Below are positions 36,851 to 45,962 of a stretch of 64,000 nucleotides of DNA, one piece after another; position 1 is the stretch's first letter, and the number at the start of each line of letters is the position of its first letter. The position numbers and the translations under genes were made by a program. The stretch covers positions 7,463 to 71,462 of the forward strand of contig CAYUQY010000003.1 in NCBI GenBank assembly GCA_964447075.1. Reading direction: 5' to 3'. Source of the stretch: an uncultured Pseudomonadales bacterium (GTDB lineage Bacteria; Patescibacteriota; Microgenomatia; UBA1400; PJMF01). The notes beneath the pieces were generated by a model. It made no database searches. It was given only the letters and a program-made list of their open reading frames with translations, and was not told the DNA's origin.

Positions 36851-39313
36851 ATGTATTTAGTTCTTGTAGAGTCTCCCACCAAAGCCAGAAAATTAAGCTC
36901 ATATCTAGGCAATGAGTATGTTGTGCGCGCATCTGTTGGTCATATTCGGGATTTACCCAAGTCAACTCTAGGTGTGGATGTAGACAAGAACTTCCAGCCT
37001 GAGTATGTCGTGCCGCCAGAGAAAAGCAAGGTGGTTAAGGAGCTAAAGTCTTTGGCTACCAAGTCAGACAAGATTTTTTTGGCTACAGATCCAGATCGAG
37101 AAGGTGAGGCTATTGCTTGGCATCTTCAAGAAATTCTTGGTTCTAACTATCACTACTTTCGCTCCACCTTTCACGAAATTACCAAGCAAGCTGTGATGGA
37201 GGCGATAGACAACCCCATTAAGCTCAACTTAGCTCTAGTTGATGCTCAGCAAGCCAGAAGAGTCTTGGATCGACTTGTAGGCTACACAGTTTCTCCCGTC
37301 TTGTGGCGCAAAGTAAGATCTGGGCTTTCCGCAGGTAGGGTCCAGTCAGTGGCCTTGAGGTTGATAGTTGAGCGAGAAAAAGAGATTTTAGCTTTTGTGC
37401 CAGAGGAGTATTGGGAGGTAGATGTGTTGCTTGCGACAGAGAGCGTGCAAGGCGTCTTGAGTCAAAAGTCACAAGTACCACCTCTCTCACCTAGACAAAA
37501 GACTGAACCCAAGTACTTTGTAAATAATAAAATGGAGGTTGTTCCTGAGGGTATGCTCCTAGCCAGAATTGTGGAAGTAGCTGGCAAAAAGTATCTGCCT
37601 GTGACTCAAGCTGATGTCACACCTATTTTATCAAACTTAAACTTAGCTAACTACAGAGTGCAGAGTGTAGAGCGCAAAGAGCGAAGTCGTGTCAGCCTTC
37701 CTCCCTTGACTACCTCAATGATGCAGCAGCAGTCAGCCAACCGTTATGGCTACACATCCAAGAGCACTATGAGGCTTGCCCAGCAGCTATACGAAGAGGG
37801 TTTGATCACTTATCACAGAACTGACTCAGTAAATTTGTCCTCACAGGCAGTGAGTATGGCTCGAGAATTTATTGGACAAAAATATGGTCCAAGTTATGTG
37901 CCAGAGAAACCCAGATACTTCTCGACCAAGACTAAAAACGCTCAGGAGGCTCATGAAGCCATCAGACCAACCAATATTTTAGTTTTCCCTGGAAAGATTG
38001 CTAGTGACTCAGCTTTCTCGCCTCAACATGCAAAATTATATGAGTTGATTTGGTCAAGATTTGTAGCCAGTCAAATGAGTGCGGCAGTTTATGACCAGTC
38101 AGCAGTGCTCATAGAGGCAACACTGGACAGTGCAACAAATACCTCAACTTCAGCAGCTCCAGCTAATAAGAAAGGTGGGAAAGACTCTACTTTAATCCTT
38201 AAATCAACTGGATCGCTTCTAAAATTTGACGGCTGGATGAAACTATTTCCTAATCATGAGGACACATATTTGCCTGAAGTGGAGGCTAATGATAAGCTAG
38301 GTTTTGTGGAAGAAAACGCAGCTCAAAAATTTACTGCTCCACCAGCGCGCTACAACGATGGTTCATTGATTAAGACTCTCGAGGCTGCTGGAATTGGTAG
38401 GCCTAGCACCTATGCCTCAATTATCTCAGTCCTAGAGGATAGAGGTTATGTAGAGAGAGTTGAAAAGAAGTTTGTGCCAACTGCCATAGGTACAACTGTC
38501 TGTGAGTTTTTAGTTAGCCACTTTGTGACTCTTATGGACTATAAGTTTACAGCTAAGCTTGAGGATGATCTTGATGCCGTTTCTAGAGGTGAGAAGGACT
38601 GGAAAAAATTGATGAGTGAGTTTTATACACCTTTCAACTTGATTGTGTCGGAGGTAATGGAAAAGGCCGAAAGAGCCAGCATTCCTGTCGAGAAGACAGG
38701 CGATATCTGTCCAGTTTGCAACAAAGAGAGTGGGGGAGAAATAGTTATTCGAACAGGTAAGTATGGCAAGTTTTTGAGCTGTAGTCGTTATCCTGACTGT
38801 ATCTACAAGCAAGCAATAGTCAAAAAACTAGAGGGTGTACTCTGTCCTCTCTGCCAACTGCAGGAGGTGATTATCAAGCCTAGTAGGTATGGCAAAGATT
38901 TTTACGGTTGTGGTCGTTATCCAGAATGTAACTGGGCTAGCTGGAAAAAGCCTGGGGTAGGCGAGAGGGTGACACCAGAAGAGTGGGCCATAATCCAAAA
39001 AGAGCGCGAGGAGCGCAAAGTAGCTCGAGAAGCTAAGTATGGAAAATCAGCCAAATTTGGGAGGTTTGGTAAGCTAATTAAGTCAGGAGCTGACAAAGCA
39101 GCTACTTCAGCCAAAAAAGTTGCCAAGAAAAGCATAACTACAAAAAAATCGTCCAAGGGTAAAGTAGATTCAAAGAAAGTTGCTAACTCCAAAGTCGGAA
39201 CTACTGACCCTACTCAGATTAAAGAGGTAGTTAAGAAAAAAAACGTATCCAAGACTGCAGAAACAACTAAAGTGAAGAGCTCTGCAAAAAAGTCTAAAAA
39301 AGCAGTGGTCTAA
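36851..39313 (+). CDS. topA: DNA topoisomerase I
   Basis: VESPTKA, DPDREGE, SAGRVQS, ITYHRTDS; Zn ribbons; Lys-rich tail. Confidence 0.97.
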   Translation: MYLVLVESPTKARKLSSYLGNEYVVRASVGHIRDLPKSTLGVDVDKNFQPEYVVPPEKSKVVKELKSLATKSDKIFLATDPDREGEAIAWHLQEILGSNYHYFRSTFHEITKQAVMEAIDNPIKLNLALVDAQQARRVLDRLVGYTVSPVLWRKVRSGLSAGRVQSVALRLIVEREKEILAFVPEEYWEVDVLLATESVQGVLSQKSQVPPLSPRQKTEPKYFVNNKMEVVPEGMLLARIVEVAGKKYLPVTQADVTPILSNLNLANYRVQSVERKERSRVSLPPLTTSMMQQQSANRYGYTSKSTMRLAQQLYEEGLITYHRTDSVNLSSQAVSMAREFIGQKYGPSYVPEKPRYFSTKTKNAQEAHEAIRPTNILVFPGKIASDSAFSPQHAKLYELIWSRFVASQMSAAVYDQSAVLIEATLDSATNTSTSAAPANKKGGKDSTLILKSTGSLLKFDGWMKLFPNHEDTYLPEVEANDKLGFVEENAAQKFTAPPARYNDGSLIKTLEAAGIGRPSTYASIISVLEDRGYVERVEKKFVPTAIGTTVCEFLVSHFVTLMDYKFTAKLEDDLDAVSRGEKDWKKLMSEFYTPFNLIVSEVMEKAERASIPVEKTGDICPVCNKESGGEIVIRTGKYGKFLSCSRYPDCIYKQAIVKKLEGVLCPLCQLQEVIIKPSRYGKDFYGCGRYPECNWASWKKPGVGERVTPEEWAIIQKEREERKVAREAKYGKSAKFGRFGKLIKSGADKAATSAKKVAKKSITTKKSSKGKVDSKKVANSKVGTTDPTQIKEVVKKKNVSKTAETTKVKSSAKKSKKAVV

Positions 39314-39344
39314 CAAGCCTTAAAGTAGTAAAAATAAAAGTAAC

Positions 39345-39983
39345 ATGCACATTGCTCTATTCGGCGGTTCTTTCGATCCGCCACACTTAGGTCACCAGTT
39401 GGTAGCTAGGCAGATTATTGAGCACAAAGTAGCAGGGGAGGTTTGGTACGTCCCAGTTGGTCAACATGAGTTTGGGGAGGTTTTTAGTGGTAGTAAGCAC
39501 TTGCTGCCTGCTCGTGATAGATTGGCAATGTTGCGTCTAGTTGAAAGCGACAAAATAAAGGTCAGTACCTTCGAGACTGATCGTAATCGACCAAGCTTTA
39601 CTCACACGACACTTCGTGAGATGAAGGCTAATTATCCGCAACATGTTTTTTCATGGGTGATCGGTTCAGATCAACTTCCTAATTTTCTTAAGTGGGACTG
39701 CGAGAGTTGTTTATCTTGTGCCTCGAGTATGCTTCAGGAGTTTAGATTTTTTGTTTACCCCAGAAAGGGTTTTGAGATGGCGCCACTTTTGCCGGGCATG
39801 ATTGCCTTGAGTGGTGAAGAAGTAGGTTTTTCTTCCACCCAGATTCGGGCTTTGAGAAAAGATCACCTTGTTGCATCCGAGATACCCAAATCTGTCGGCT
39901 CAGCTTTAAGTAACATCACTGGTCTTGTCGATCCTGCAGTGGAGGACTATATTCAGTCACAGGCTTTGTATAAAGTGAGTTGA
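39345..39983 (+). CDS. nadD: Nicotinate/nicotinamide-nucleotide adenylyltransferase
   Basis: GGSFDPPHLGH, IGSDQL..F.KW, SSTQIR. Confidence 0.88.
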   Translation: MHIALFGGSFDPPHLGHQLVARQIIEHKVAGEVWYVPVGQHEFGEVFSGSKHLLPARDRLAMLRLVESDKIKVSTFETDRNRPSFTHTTLREMKANYPQHVFSWVIGSDQLPNFLKWDCESCLSCASSMLQEFRFFVYPRKGFEMAPLLPGMIALSGEEVGFSSTQIRALRKDHLVASEIPKSVGSALSNITGLVDPAVEDYIQSQALYKVS

Positions 39984-40010
39984 GAGCTCTATCTTTCTTT
40001 ATTTTACCTC

Positions 40011-40601
40011 ATGACTAAACACAGCTCTCTCAAAAAATTGTCCGATCAAATCTTACTTGATTTTGAGAGAGTAGCTGAAAGGGTAACTAAGTATCGACAT
40101 CAGGGTAAAAAAATAGTCCTTACTCAGGGTACTTTTGACATGGTGCATGTGGGACATGCTAGATACTGTGCTCAAGCCAAGAGCTTTGGAGATATTTTGA
40201 TAGTAGGTGTGGACAGTGACGAGAAAGTGCGCCAGCGCAAGGGTCCAGATAGGCCCGTGGTCCCTCAAGAAGAGCGTCTGGAGATGTTGATTTATTTTTC
40301 CTCTGTAGATCTGGTAGTTCTTAAGCCTCTAGATGCTGCCAAGTATCACTTAATCAAGATTATCAAGCCTGATGTACTAGTCACGACTCGTGAGACCTAT
40401 ACACCAGAGGTAATTATAGAGTTAGAGAGGTTTTGTGGAAAAGTGGAAGTACTTGATCCGATGGCGACTACTTCGACCAGCGCCAAAATTAGACGCCTCC
40501 AGATTGGTCTAGCTAAGAAGATGAGTTCTGTCCTCAGTGTCAAAATTGCCAAAACTATCGAGGAGATTTTTGCTGACTTGAAAGGGGAGACAGTCGGGTA
40601 G
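40011..40601 (+). CDS. HIGH-motif cytidylyl/adenylyltransferase (RfaE-II/TagD-like)
   Basis: GTFDMVHVGH, VGVDSD, KGPDRP..PQEER, STS. Confidence 0.9.
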   Translation: MTKHSSLKKLSDQILLDFERVAERVTKYRHQGKKIVLTQGTFDMVHVGHARYCAQAKSFGDILIVGVDSDEKVRQRKGPDRPVVPQEERLEMLIYFSSVDLVVLKPLDAAKYHLIKIIKPDVLVTTRETYTPEVIIELERFCGKVEVLDPMATTSTSAKIRRLQIGLAKKMSSVLSVKIAKTIEEIFADLKGETVG

Positions 40602-40615
40602 CTTTTTAAGTGCAT

Positions 40616-41458
40616 ATGAGTGAAAAAAAATCGATCATCATCGCCTACGTTCCCGTCATTCACAAAGGTTATCTGAATTTTTTCCGATCTATTGATGGGC
40701 TCAAAAAGATTTTGATTCTGCCAAGAGATTACTCGAATAAATTTCGATTTCTACAAAAAGATCTCAGAGCACTTGAGCCTGAGGAAATAGTACAGAGTCT
40801 GAATAGTCTGGAGTTGGGTTTTGTAGCAGAAGTTCTAAGTTTGGACAATCTAGCAGAACAACTCGAAGACACTGAGGAAATTTTTCTTCCAGATGAAGAA
40901 GTAAGTCGAGCTTTTGCTCAGGAATTTTTAGTGGGCAAAAATCATCAGTTCAAGTCAATTTTCTTGCGCTGGGACACTCAAAGATCTGTCGCAACGCCAG
41001 ATCCTTTGCTAGATGAAGAGCTTTCTGTATCAGATTTTGATCGAAAAATCATGAGCTTAGCAGCTAGAGAGTCAGGAAAAAGTCCGGATTGGTGGCGCCA
41101 AGTTGGGGCAGTTCTTATAAAAGATGACCTAATAGTCCAAGTGGCGTATAACCATCACTTGCCACTAGAACAAGAAGCCTACCAGGTGGGAGATCCAAGA
41201 GCTAACTTTGGTAAAGGTGTGGAGATAGATAAAAGTATTGCACTGCACGCCGAGGCGGCTCTGATTAGCCATGCTGCCAAGACAGGGACTGCTGTGGAGG
41301 GAGCCAGTCTTTATGTGACGACTTTTCCTTGTCCTACTTGCGCTAAGCTAGTGGCAGCTAGCGGAATTACCAAGGTCTACTTCAGGGATGGCTACTCGCT
41401 TGTAGATGGAGAAAGCGTCTTAAAGGCTTTTGGGGTGAGGATTATTCGAGTGCGTTAG
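40616..41458 (+). CDS. dCMP-deaminase-family protein with an extra N-terminal domain
   Basis: RQVGAVL, HAE, PCPTC in the C-terminal half; ~135-aa N domain with AYVPVIHKGY. Confidence 0.88.
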   Translation: MSEKKSIIIAYVPVIHKGYLNFFRSIDGLKKILILPRDYSNKFRFLQKDLRALEPEEIVQSLNSLELGFVAEVLSLDNLAEQLEDTEEIFLPDEEVSRAFAQEFLVGKNHQFKSIFLRWDTQRSVATPDPLLDEELSVSDFDRKIMSLAARESGKSPDWWRQVGAVLIKDDLIVQVAYNHHLPLEQEAYQVGDPRANFGKGVEIDKSIALHAEAALISHAAKTGTAVEGASLYVTTFPCPTCAKLVAASGITKVYFRDGYSLVDGESVLKAFGVRIIRVR

Positions 41459-41462
41459 TTCG

Positions 41463-41930
41463 TCAGATCTTTTTTAGATCTTTGCCAATTTTAAATCTAA
41501 CAGGCTCAAACTCAGGATTTTCTCGATCTGGAACAAAGAACTGGGCGTGAATGTGATTTACTGATCCAGCAGAGTAGTCTGTGTTACCAAATCTTATACC
41601 GACTCCACCGCCAGGGACTTTGAACTCTGTTGCTGCCCAAGTTAGTATTTCCAGAAGCTCATTTCCAGACCTTGGATCAAGTTGAGAAAGATTTTCAGCA
41701 TGTGCTTTGTAGATGATGAGCAGATTAAGTTTTGTATTAGCATGCGGCCATTGGTTGTAAGTTAACGACCAATATTTACCATCTCGCAGAATTGGCTGTT
41801 TATGGTAGCGGGTTAGGTTTTCAGCACAGAATGGACAGTGGCCTTCTGCCATGATTTTTTTCATAACATTGCGCTGCTCATCGAGTCGAGCGTTGTCTAG
41901 ATCTACAAAGGGGGATGTTTTGGTTGACAT
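41463..41930 (-). CDS. HIT/GalT-superfamily protein (HxHxQ type)
   Basis: CPFC, NQWP, SVNHIHAQF. Confidence 0.85.
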   Translation of the reverse strand: MSTKTSPFVDLDNARLDEQRNVMKKIMAEGHCPFCAENLTRYHKQPILRDGKYWSLTYNQWPHANTKLNLLIIYKAHAENLSQLDPRSGNELLEILTWAATEFKVPGGGVGIRFGNTDYSAGSVNHIHAQFFVPDRENPEFEPVRFKIGKDLKKI

Positions 41931-42022
41931 AGATGAGATAGAGTTTGAAATGCTTGGTAAAATTAATATTTTGGTAGTTCTTAGATGGTGTCAATTAATT
42001 TGACTTAGCTGAACTGATTTGC

Positions 42023-42919
42023 TTAGATCGCTACCGGAATATTCTTGATACCTGGATGAGAATTATAGTCACTTAGAGTGAAGTCTTCATAGCGGAAGGA
42101 AAAAAGATCTTTTTTATCTGGATTAAGTGTCATGGTGGGGAAGGGCTTCGGCTCACGTCTCAGCATTTCTTCTACTGCTGGCAGCTGATCGACGTAGATG
42201 TGGGCATCTGAGAAGCTGTGGACATACTCGTGAGCCTGCAGGCCAGTAGCGCGGGCCACCATCATCAGGAGGGCAGCATACTCGACCATGTTGGAAGGTA
42301 CGCCTACTGGTATATCTGCTGAGCGCTGGAACATATGAAGTGTTAGCTTGTTGCCAAAGACTCGGAAGTGTATCCAGCCATGACATGGACAGACGACAAC
42401 TTTTTGTTGTTTGCCGCTGCCTCTAATGGTGTACTGAGGAATCCAGGGTGAGATGAAGTGAGTACGCAGCTGGGGAAATTCTCTAATTTGTTCGACAATA
42501 TTTTGAAATTGATTGTATGTGCCACCCTCGCTAGTGGGGAAGTCATGAAAAGCTGCCCCATATGAGCCAGGGCCTAGATCACCAGTCTCTAGACCTCGTT
42601 TAGCGCATTTTTTCTCTGTCACCCAAGCTGACCACCAGCTGCAGCCGTAACTTTCTAAGCCCTTTTGAGTTCGCACACCATTGATAAAAGCACAGATCTC
42701 ACCGATAGCTTGCTGCCAGATGGTCACTGGTAGGCGCTCAGATGGTTTGGGCGCCATGTTGCGCTCAGTGATCATGGGAAAGCCGTTACTCATAAAGAAG
42801 CGCATGGGGGAGGGGGCGATCAAGGTGATGGCATCGGTTTCCTGTTGGGTGGAAGTGCGAGTGCCCTTATCGATAATCTCTTGAAGAACTCGGCGGTACT
42901 GGGTGTCGGGGGAGTGCAT
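42023..42919 (-). CDS. thyA: Divergent thymidylate synthase
   Basis: GFP, GDLGP, PCH, QRSAD, PSN, DAHIY. Confidence 0.92.
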   Translation of the reverse strand: MHSPDTQYRRVLQEIIDKGTRTSTQQETDAITLIAPSPMRFFMSNGFPMITERNMAPKPSERLPVTIWQQAIGEICAFINGVRTQKGLESYGCSWWSAWVTEKKCAKRGLETGDLGPGSYGAAFHDFPTSEGGTYNQFQNIVEQIREFPQLRTHFISPWIPQYTIRGSGKQQKVVVCPCHGWIHFRVFGNKLTLHMFQRSADIPVGVPSNMVEYAALLMMVARATGLQAHEYVHSFSDAHIYVDQLPAVEEMLRREPKPFPTMTLNPDKKDLFSFRYEDFTLSDYNSHPGIKNIPVAI

Positions 42920-42938
42920 GATGTGAAGAGCTTAATGA

Positions 42939-43487
42939 CTAGACTCTGAGAAAGTATACATCGTCAACTCTGTTTTCATAGACCTTTTGAGCTATTTTTT
43001 TAAAACCACTAGACAGGTAAAGGTTTTGGACATGTGTGTTCCAATCGGCAGAGTTAGTTTGGACTGAGAATATGATATTTCCTTCAAGTACAACCATGCC
43101 AACTTCTTGATTGTATTCTAACCATGACTTTAGCAAAAATTTACCCAAGCCTTTTTTTTGATACTTTGAGCTGATGGAAAAGTCAGAAAGATAAATGGAA
43201 TTTTGAGGGTACTGACTATTATTCTCTAGAGAGCGTTCATAGGCAATAATTATGCCGGCAAATTTTAACTCTTTGTCTAGTGCAATCAAACTATGTTGCC
43301 ATTTTGCGTACAGTTGTCGAGCCTCCTTGGTGGTCGCCAATAGTTTTTCGAGCGTGTATTCAGGAACGAGTGGAATTAGATTAAGACTTGCGCAAATATC
43401 AGATGAGAACTTTTTGACAAGTTTGGGAGTCAGCGGATATACACCAAAGTCATTCATTGAATAGAGTGATTGCATTACTTTCAACAT
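42939..43487 (-). CDS. GNAT-family N-acetyltransferase
   Basis: YQKKGLGK motif A; LYLSSGF; more AT-rich than flanks. Confidence 0.8.
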   Translation of the reverse strand: MLKVMQSLYSMNDFGVYPLTPKLVKKFSSDICASLNLIPLVPEYTLEKLLATTKEARQLYAKWQHSLIALDKELKFAGIIIAYERSLENNSQYPQNSIYLSDFSISSKYQKKGLGKFLLKSWLEYNQEVGMVVLEGNIIFSVQTNSADWNTHVQNLYLSSGFKKIAQKVYENRVDDVYFLRV

Positions 43488-43546
43488 TTATAGGCCCACA
43501 ATTTGTCTAAATAAAAGACTGTAGAGTTAGCATTGACACTTGAAGG

Positions 43547-44704
43547 CTATGATTGCCGCCTCGCTTCAATCCCAAGGAAAAGGGGAATCTCCTCATGAGC
43601 TCGATTCATGGCTTTGGCTTCATCACTTGATGTATTTTCTCTTTTGTAGGTGGGTACTTCTAGCATTTGGCTGACGGCGAAGCCGTGGTCTGCCAGGATG
43701 TTGACGTACTCTGAGACTGGCCGGTGGAAGCTGTGCGAGACGCCGCTCTTTTGACCGGAATAAGCCTTGAGTGGAACGTCTAGGGGAGTGAGATAGCGGT
43801 CGATACGTCGGTAAAAAAGCTTACGGCCTTCGTCCCAACCCCAGCCTGACTGTCGAGGGATGCGGAAACAAGGATGAGTCATGACTAGACAGATGCGACT
43901 GGTCGGCTTGAGCACTTGGGCAGCTTGGGCGATGACATCGGCGAGTGGATCCATATCCTGTATCGAGAGTAGGAAGATGGCCACATCAAAAAGATTTTCA
44001 TGGCTTGTGGATGATGGATTTTCTGAAGAAAAACTGCGTTTGTGGCTTAGTGAAAAAACATGACTCAGCCTTCGACTGTCCCCGACGATGAAGTTACCAT
44101 CGCGACCATGCTGTTTCTTGGCAATGTTGACGAGTGAAGGACTAGCATCCACACCCGTATAGACTCCGCCAGCTTTGACTATGTGCGGCGCCATGACTCC
44201 CTGACCACAGCCGATGTCGATGACTTTTTCGCCAACTTGAATTTTAGCTAGATCAAGAATTGCTGGAATAGCTAACTTCTGATGATGCTCTGAGCCATCT
44301 TTACCCACCCAGCCGTTGTACCAGGAGGCGAGTGGCTCCCATGATGTGCGACTGAAGGAAGCATTAATACTTTCTTTGGTGTTCTTGGGTGGTGTGGCTT
44401 GCGATCGATTTGAGAAAGTTCTTGTTCTACGGCTATCGGCAGAATGAAATTTTTCCCTAGATCTATCTGAGGAGTCAGATGAAGAGTGTGATGAGGGGCT
44501 ATACGTGGAGTTAAGTTTGCCTCGAGAAGAGGAGCTAAATGAGGATCGAGATGAGGTGTCTCTCGAAGAGCCAAGTGATGGTCTAGATTCAGAACCAGAT
44601 CTAGACGCAGACCTAGATCTAGACGCAGACCTGGTGAACTTTCTGGGGGATTTATGCGTATGGAGTGCAGGACCAGTGCGATGATCGGTACTTTTATTTC
44701 TCAT
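43547..44704 (-). CDS. Class I SAM methyltransferase with Ser/Arg-rich N-terminal extension
   Basis: IDIGCGQG, GVDAS, THPCFRIPRQSGWG, FHRP, EIPLFL. Confidence 0.88.
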   Translation of the reverse strand: MRNKSTDHRTGPALHTHKSPRKFTRSASRSRSASRSGSESRPSLGSSRDTSSRSSFSSSSRGKLNSTYSPSSHSSSDSSDRSREKFHSADSRRTRTFSNRSQATPPKNTKESINASFSRTSWEPLASWYNGWVGKDGSEHHQKLAIPAILDLAKIQVGEKVIDIGCGQGVMAPHIVKAGGVYTGVDASPSLVNIAKKQHGRDGNFIVGDSRRLSHVFSLSHKRSFSSENPSSTSHENLFDVAIFLLSIQDMDPLADVIAQAAQVLKPTSRICLVMTHPCFRIPRQSGWGWDEGRKLFYRRIDRYLTPLDVPLKAYSGQKSGVSHSFHRPVSEYVNILADHGFAVSQMLEVPTYKRENTSSDEAKAMNRAHEEIPLFLGIEARRQS

Positions 44705-45962
44705 GAAACATATTCTAATCTAGATTATATAATGTTGTGTCTCAAAAAGAGAATCTGAGAATGGTGTAGAATTACTGATATCATCTATAAAACTAAGCAA
44801 GGAGAATCAAATGAGTTACGACGATAGAAACAGAATTTCCACCCCCCCCTCAATGAGAAATGGAGTGAGGATGAGAATGAATTAACAGCCGAAATTAGCG
44901 AACATCTCTCTCCAAATGTAAAAGAAGTTATAATTCAGATGAACCACGGAACCATAAGAGTGGAGCCGTGTGAGTCTGGAGAGACTCCATGTGTTATTAC
45001 TCGAATTATCGTATCTGCAAAAAGTCGGGACGAAGCTCATAAAGTAGCCGTAAAAGAAAATACTTTTAAAGTAACAAAAAGTGATTCAAGTTTAACTGTG
45101 GAAGATGATTCTGAAGGGAGTAGTGTCGGTGGTATCCATCTAGGTGGAAACTACTCGGGAGGTATATCTATTGGTAATATTTCTATTGGAAATATAGTTG
45201 GTGGTGTTGTAGTAGGAGGCGGCACATTTATTAATGGTGTAAGGGTTACGCCTGGTATGGAAAGTGGGTCTCCACAACCTCAAAAAGAAATTGTAATCAA
45301 GCTTCCTAGAGAAAATGAACATAATTTTAGGCTCAGAAATCAGGCAGGGGATGTGCTAATTAATAGTGGTAGAGGACGAGCAGATTTGTTTACTCAAGCG
45401 GGAAAAATAGAGATTGGTGAGTTCATAGGGAGTGTTCAGACTGGAAGTCAAAGCGGTAAAGTTACTATCGACAGGCTTGCAGGCGAACTATCTGGGAATG
45501 TTACAAGCGGTAATATCAAAGTGAAGCATATGAGAGGACCAATTAACCTTCATGCAACGAGTGGCGGAATCACGATTTCTGATTTAGTAGTAGTGGGTAA
45601 GTCAAACAGAATTGATGCAACTTCTGGCAGCGTATCGTTAGGTATAAGTAACATGAATTTGAGATTGAGAGCAAGCACATCGTCTGGAGACATTGATGTC
45701 CCGAGTGATTTTGTGAAGACAAGGGCAAGCGAGTCAAAGGCTAAGAAGAGAGGGGCGACTGTTATTCAACATGGCGGCTCTGTAATCTCAATTGGTGGCG
45801 GTGGAGGAGGCAGTTTTGTAGAGGGTTATTTTGGAGCAGAGAGCGAAGTATCAAATGCTTCAGAGATTAATGTCAATGCAACGAGTGGGTCTGTAACAAT
45901 TGAGAGAACACAAAGAAGTGTTCAAGAAATTCTTCACAAAGAGTCTTCTGCAGAACTTGCAA

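Noticed and set aside
42023-42919. Phage-type dCMP hydroxymethylase
   Set aside because: It retains Asn at the specificity position (PSN) where dCMP-acting enzymes have Asp, and DHFR is nearby
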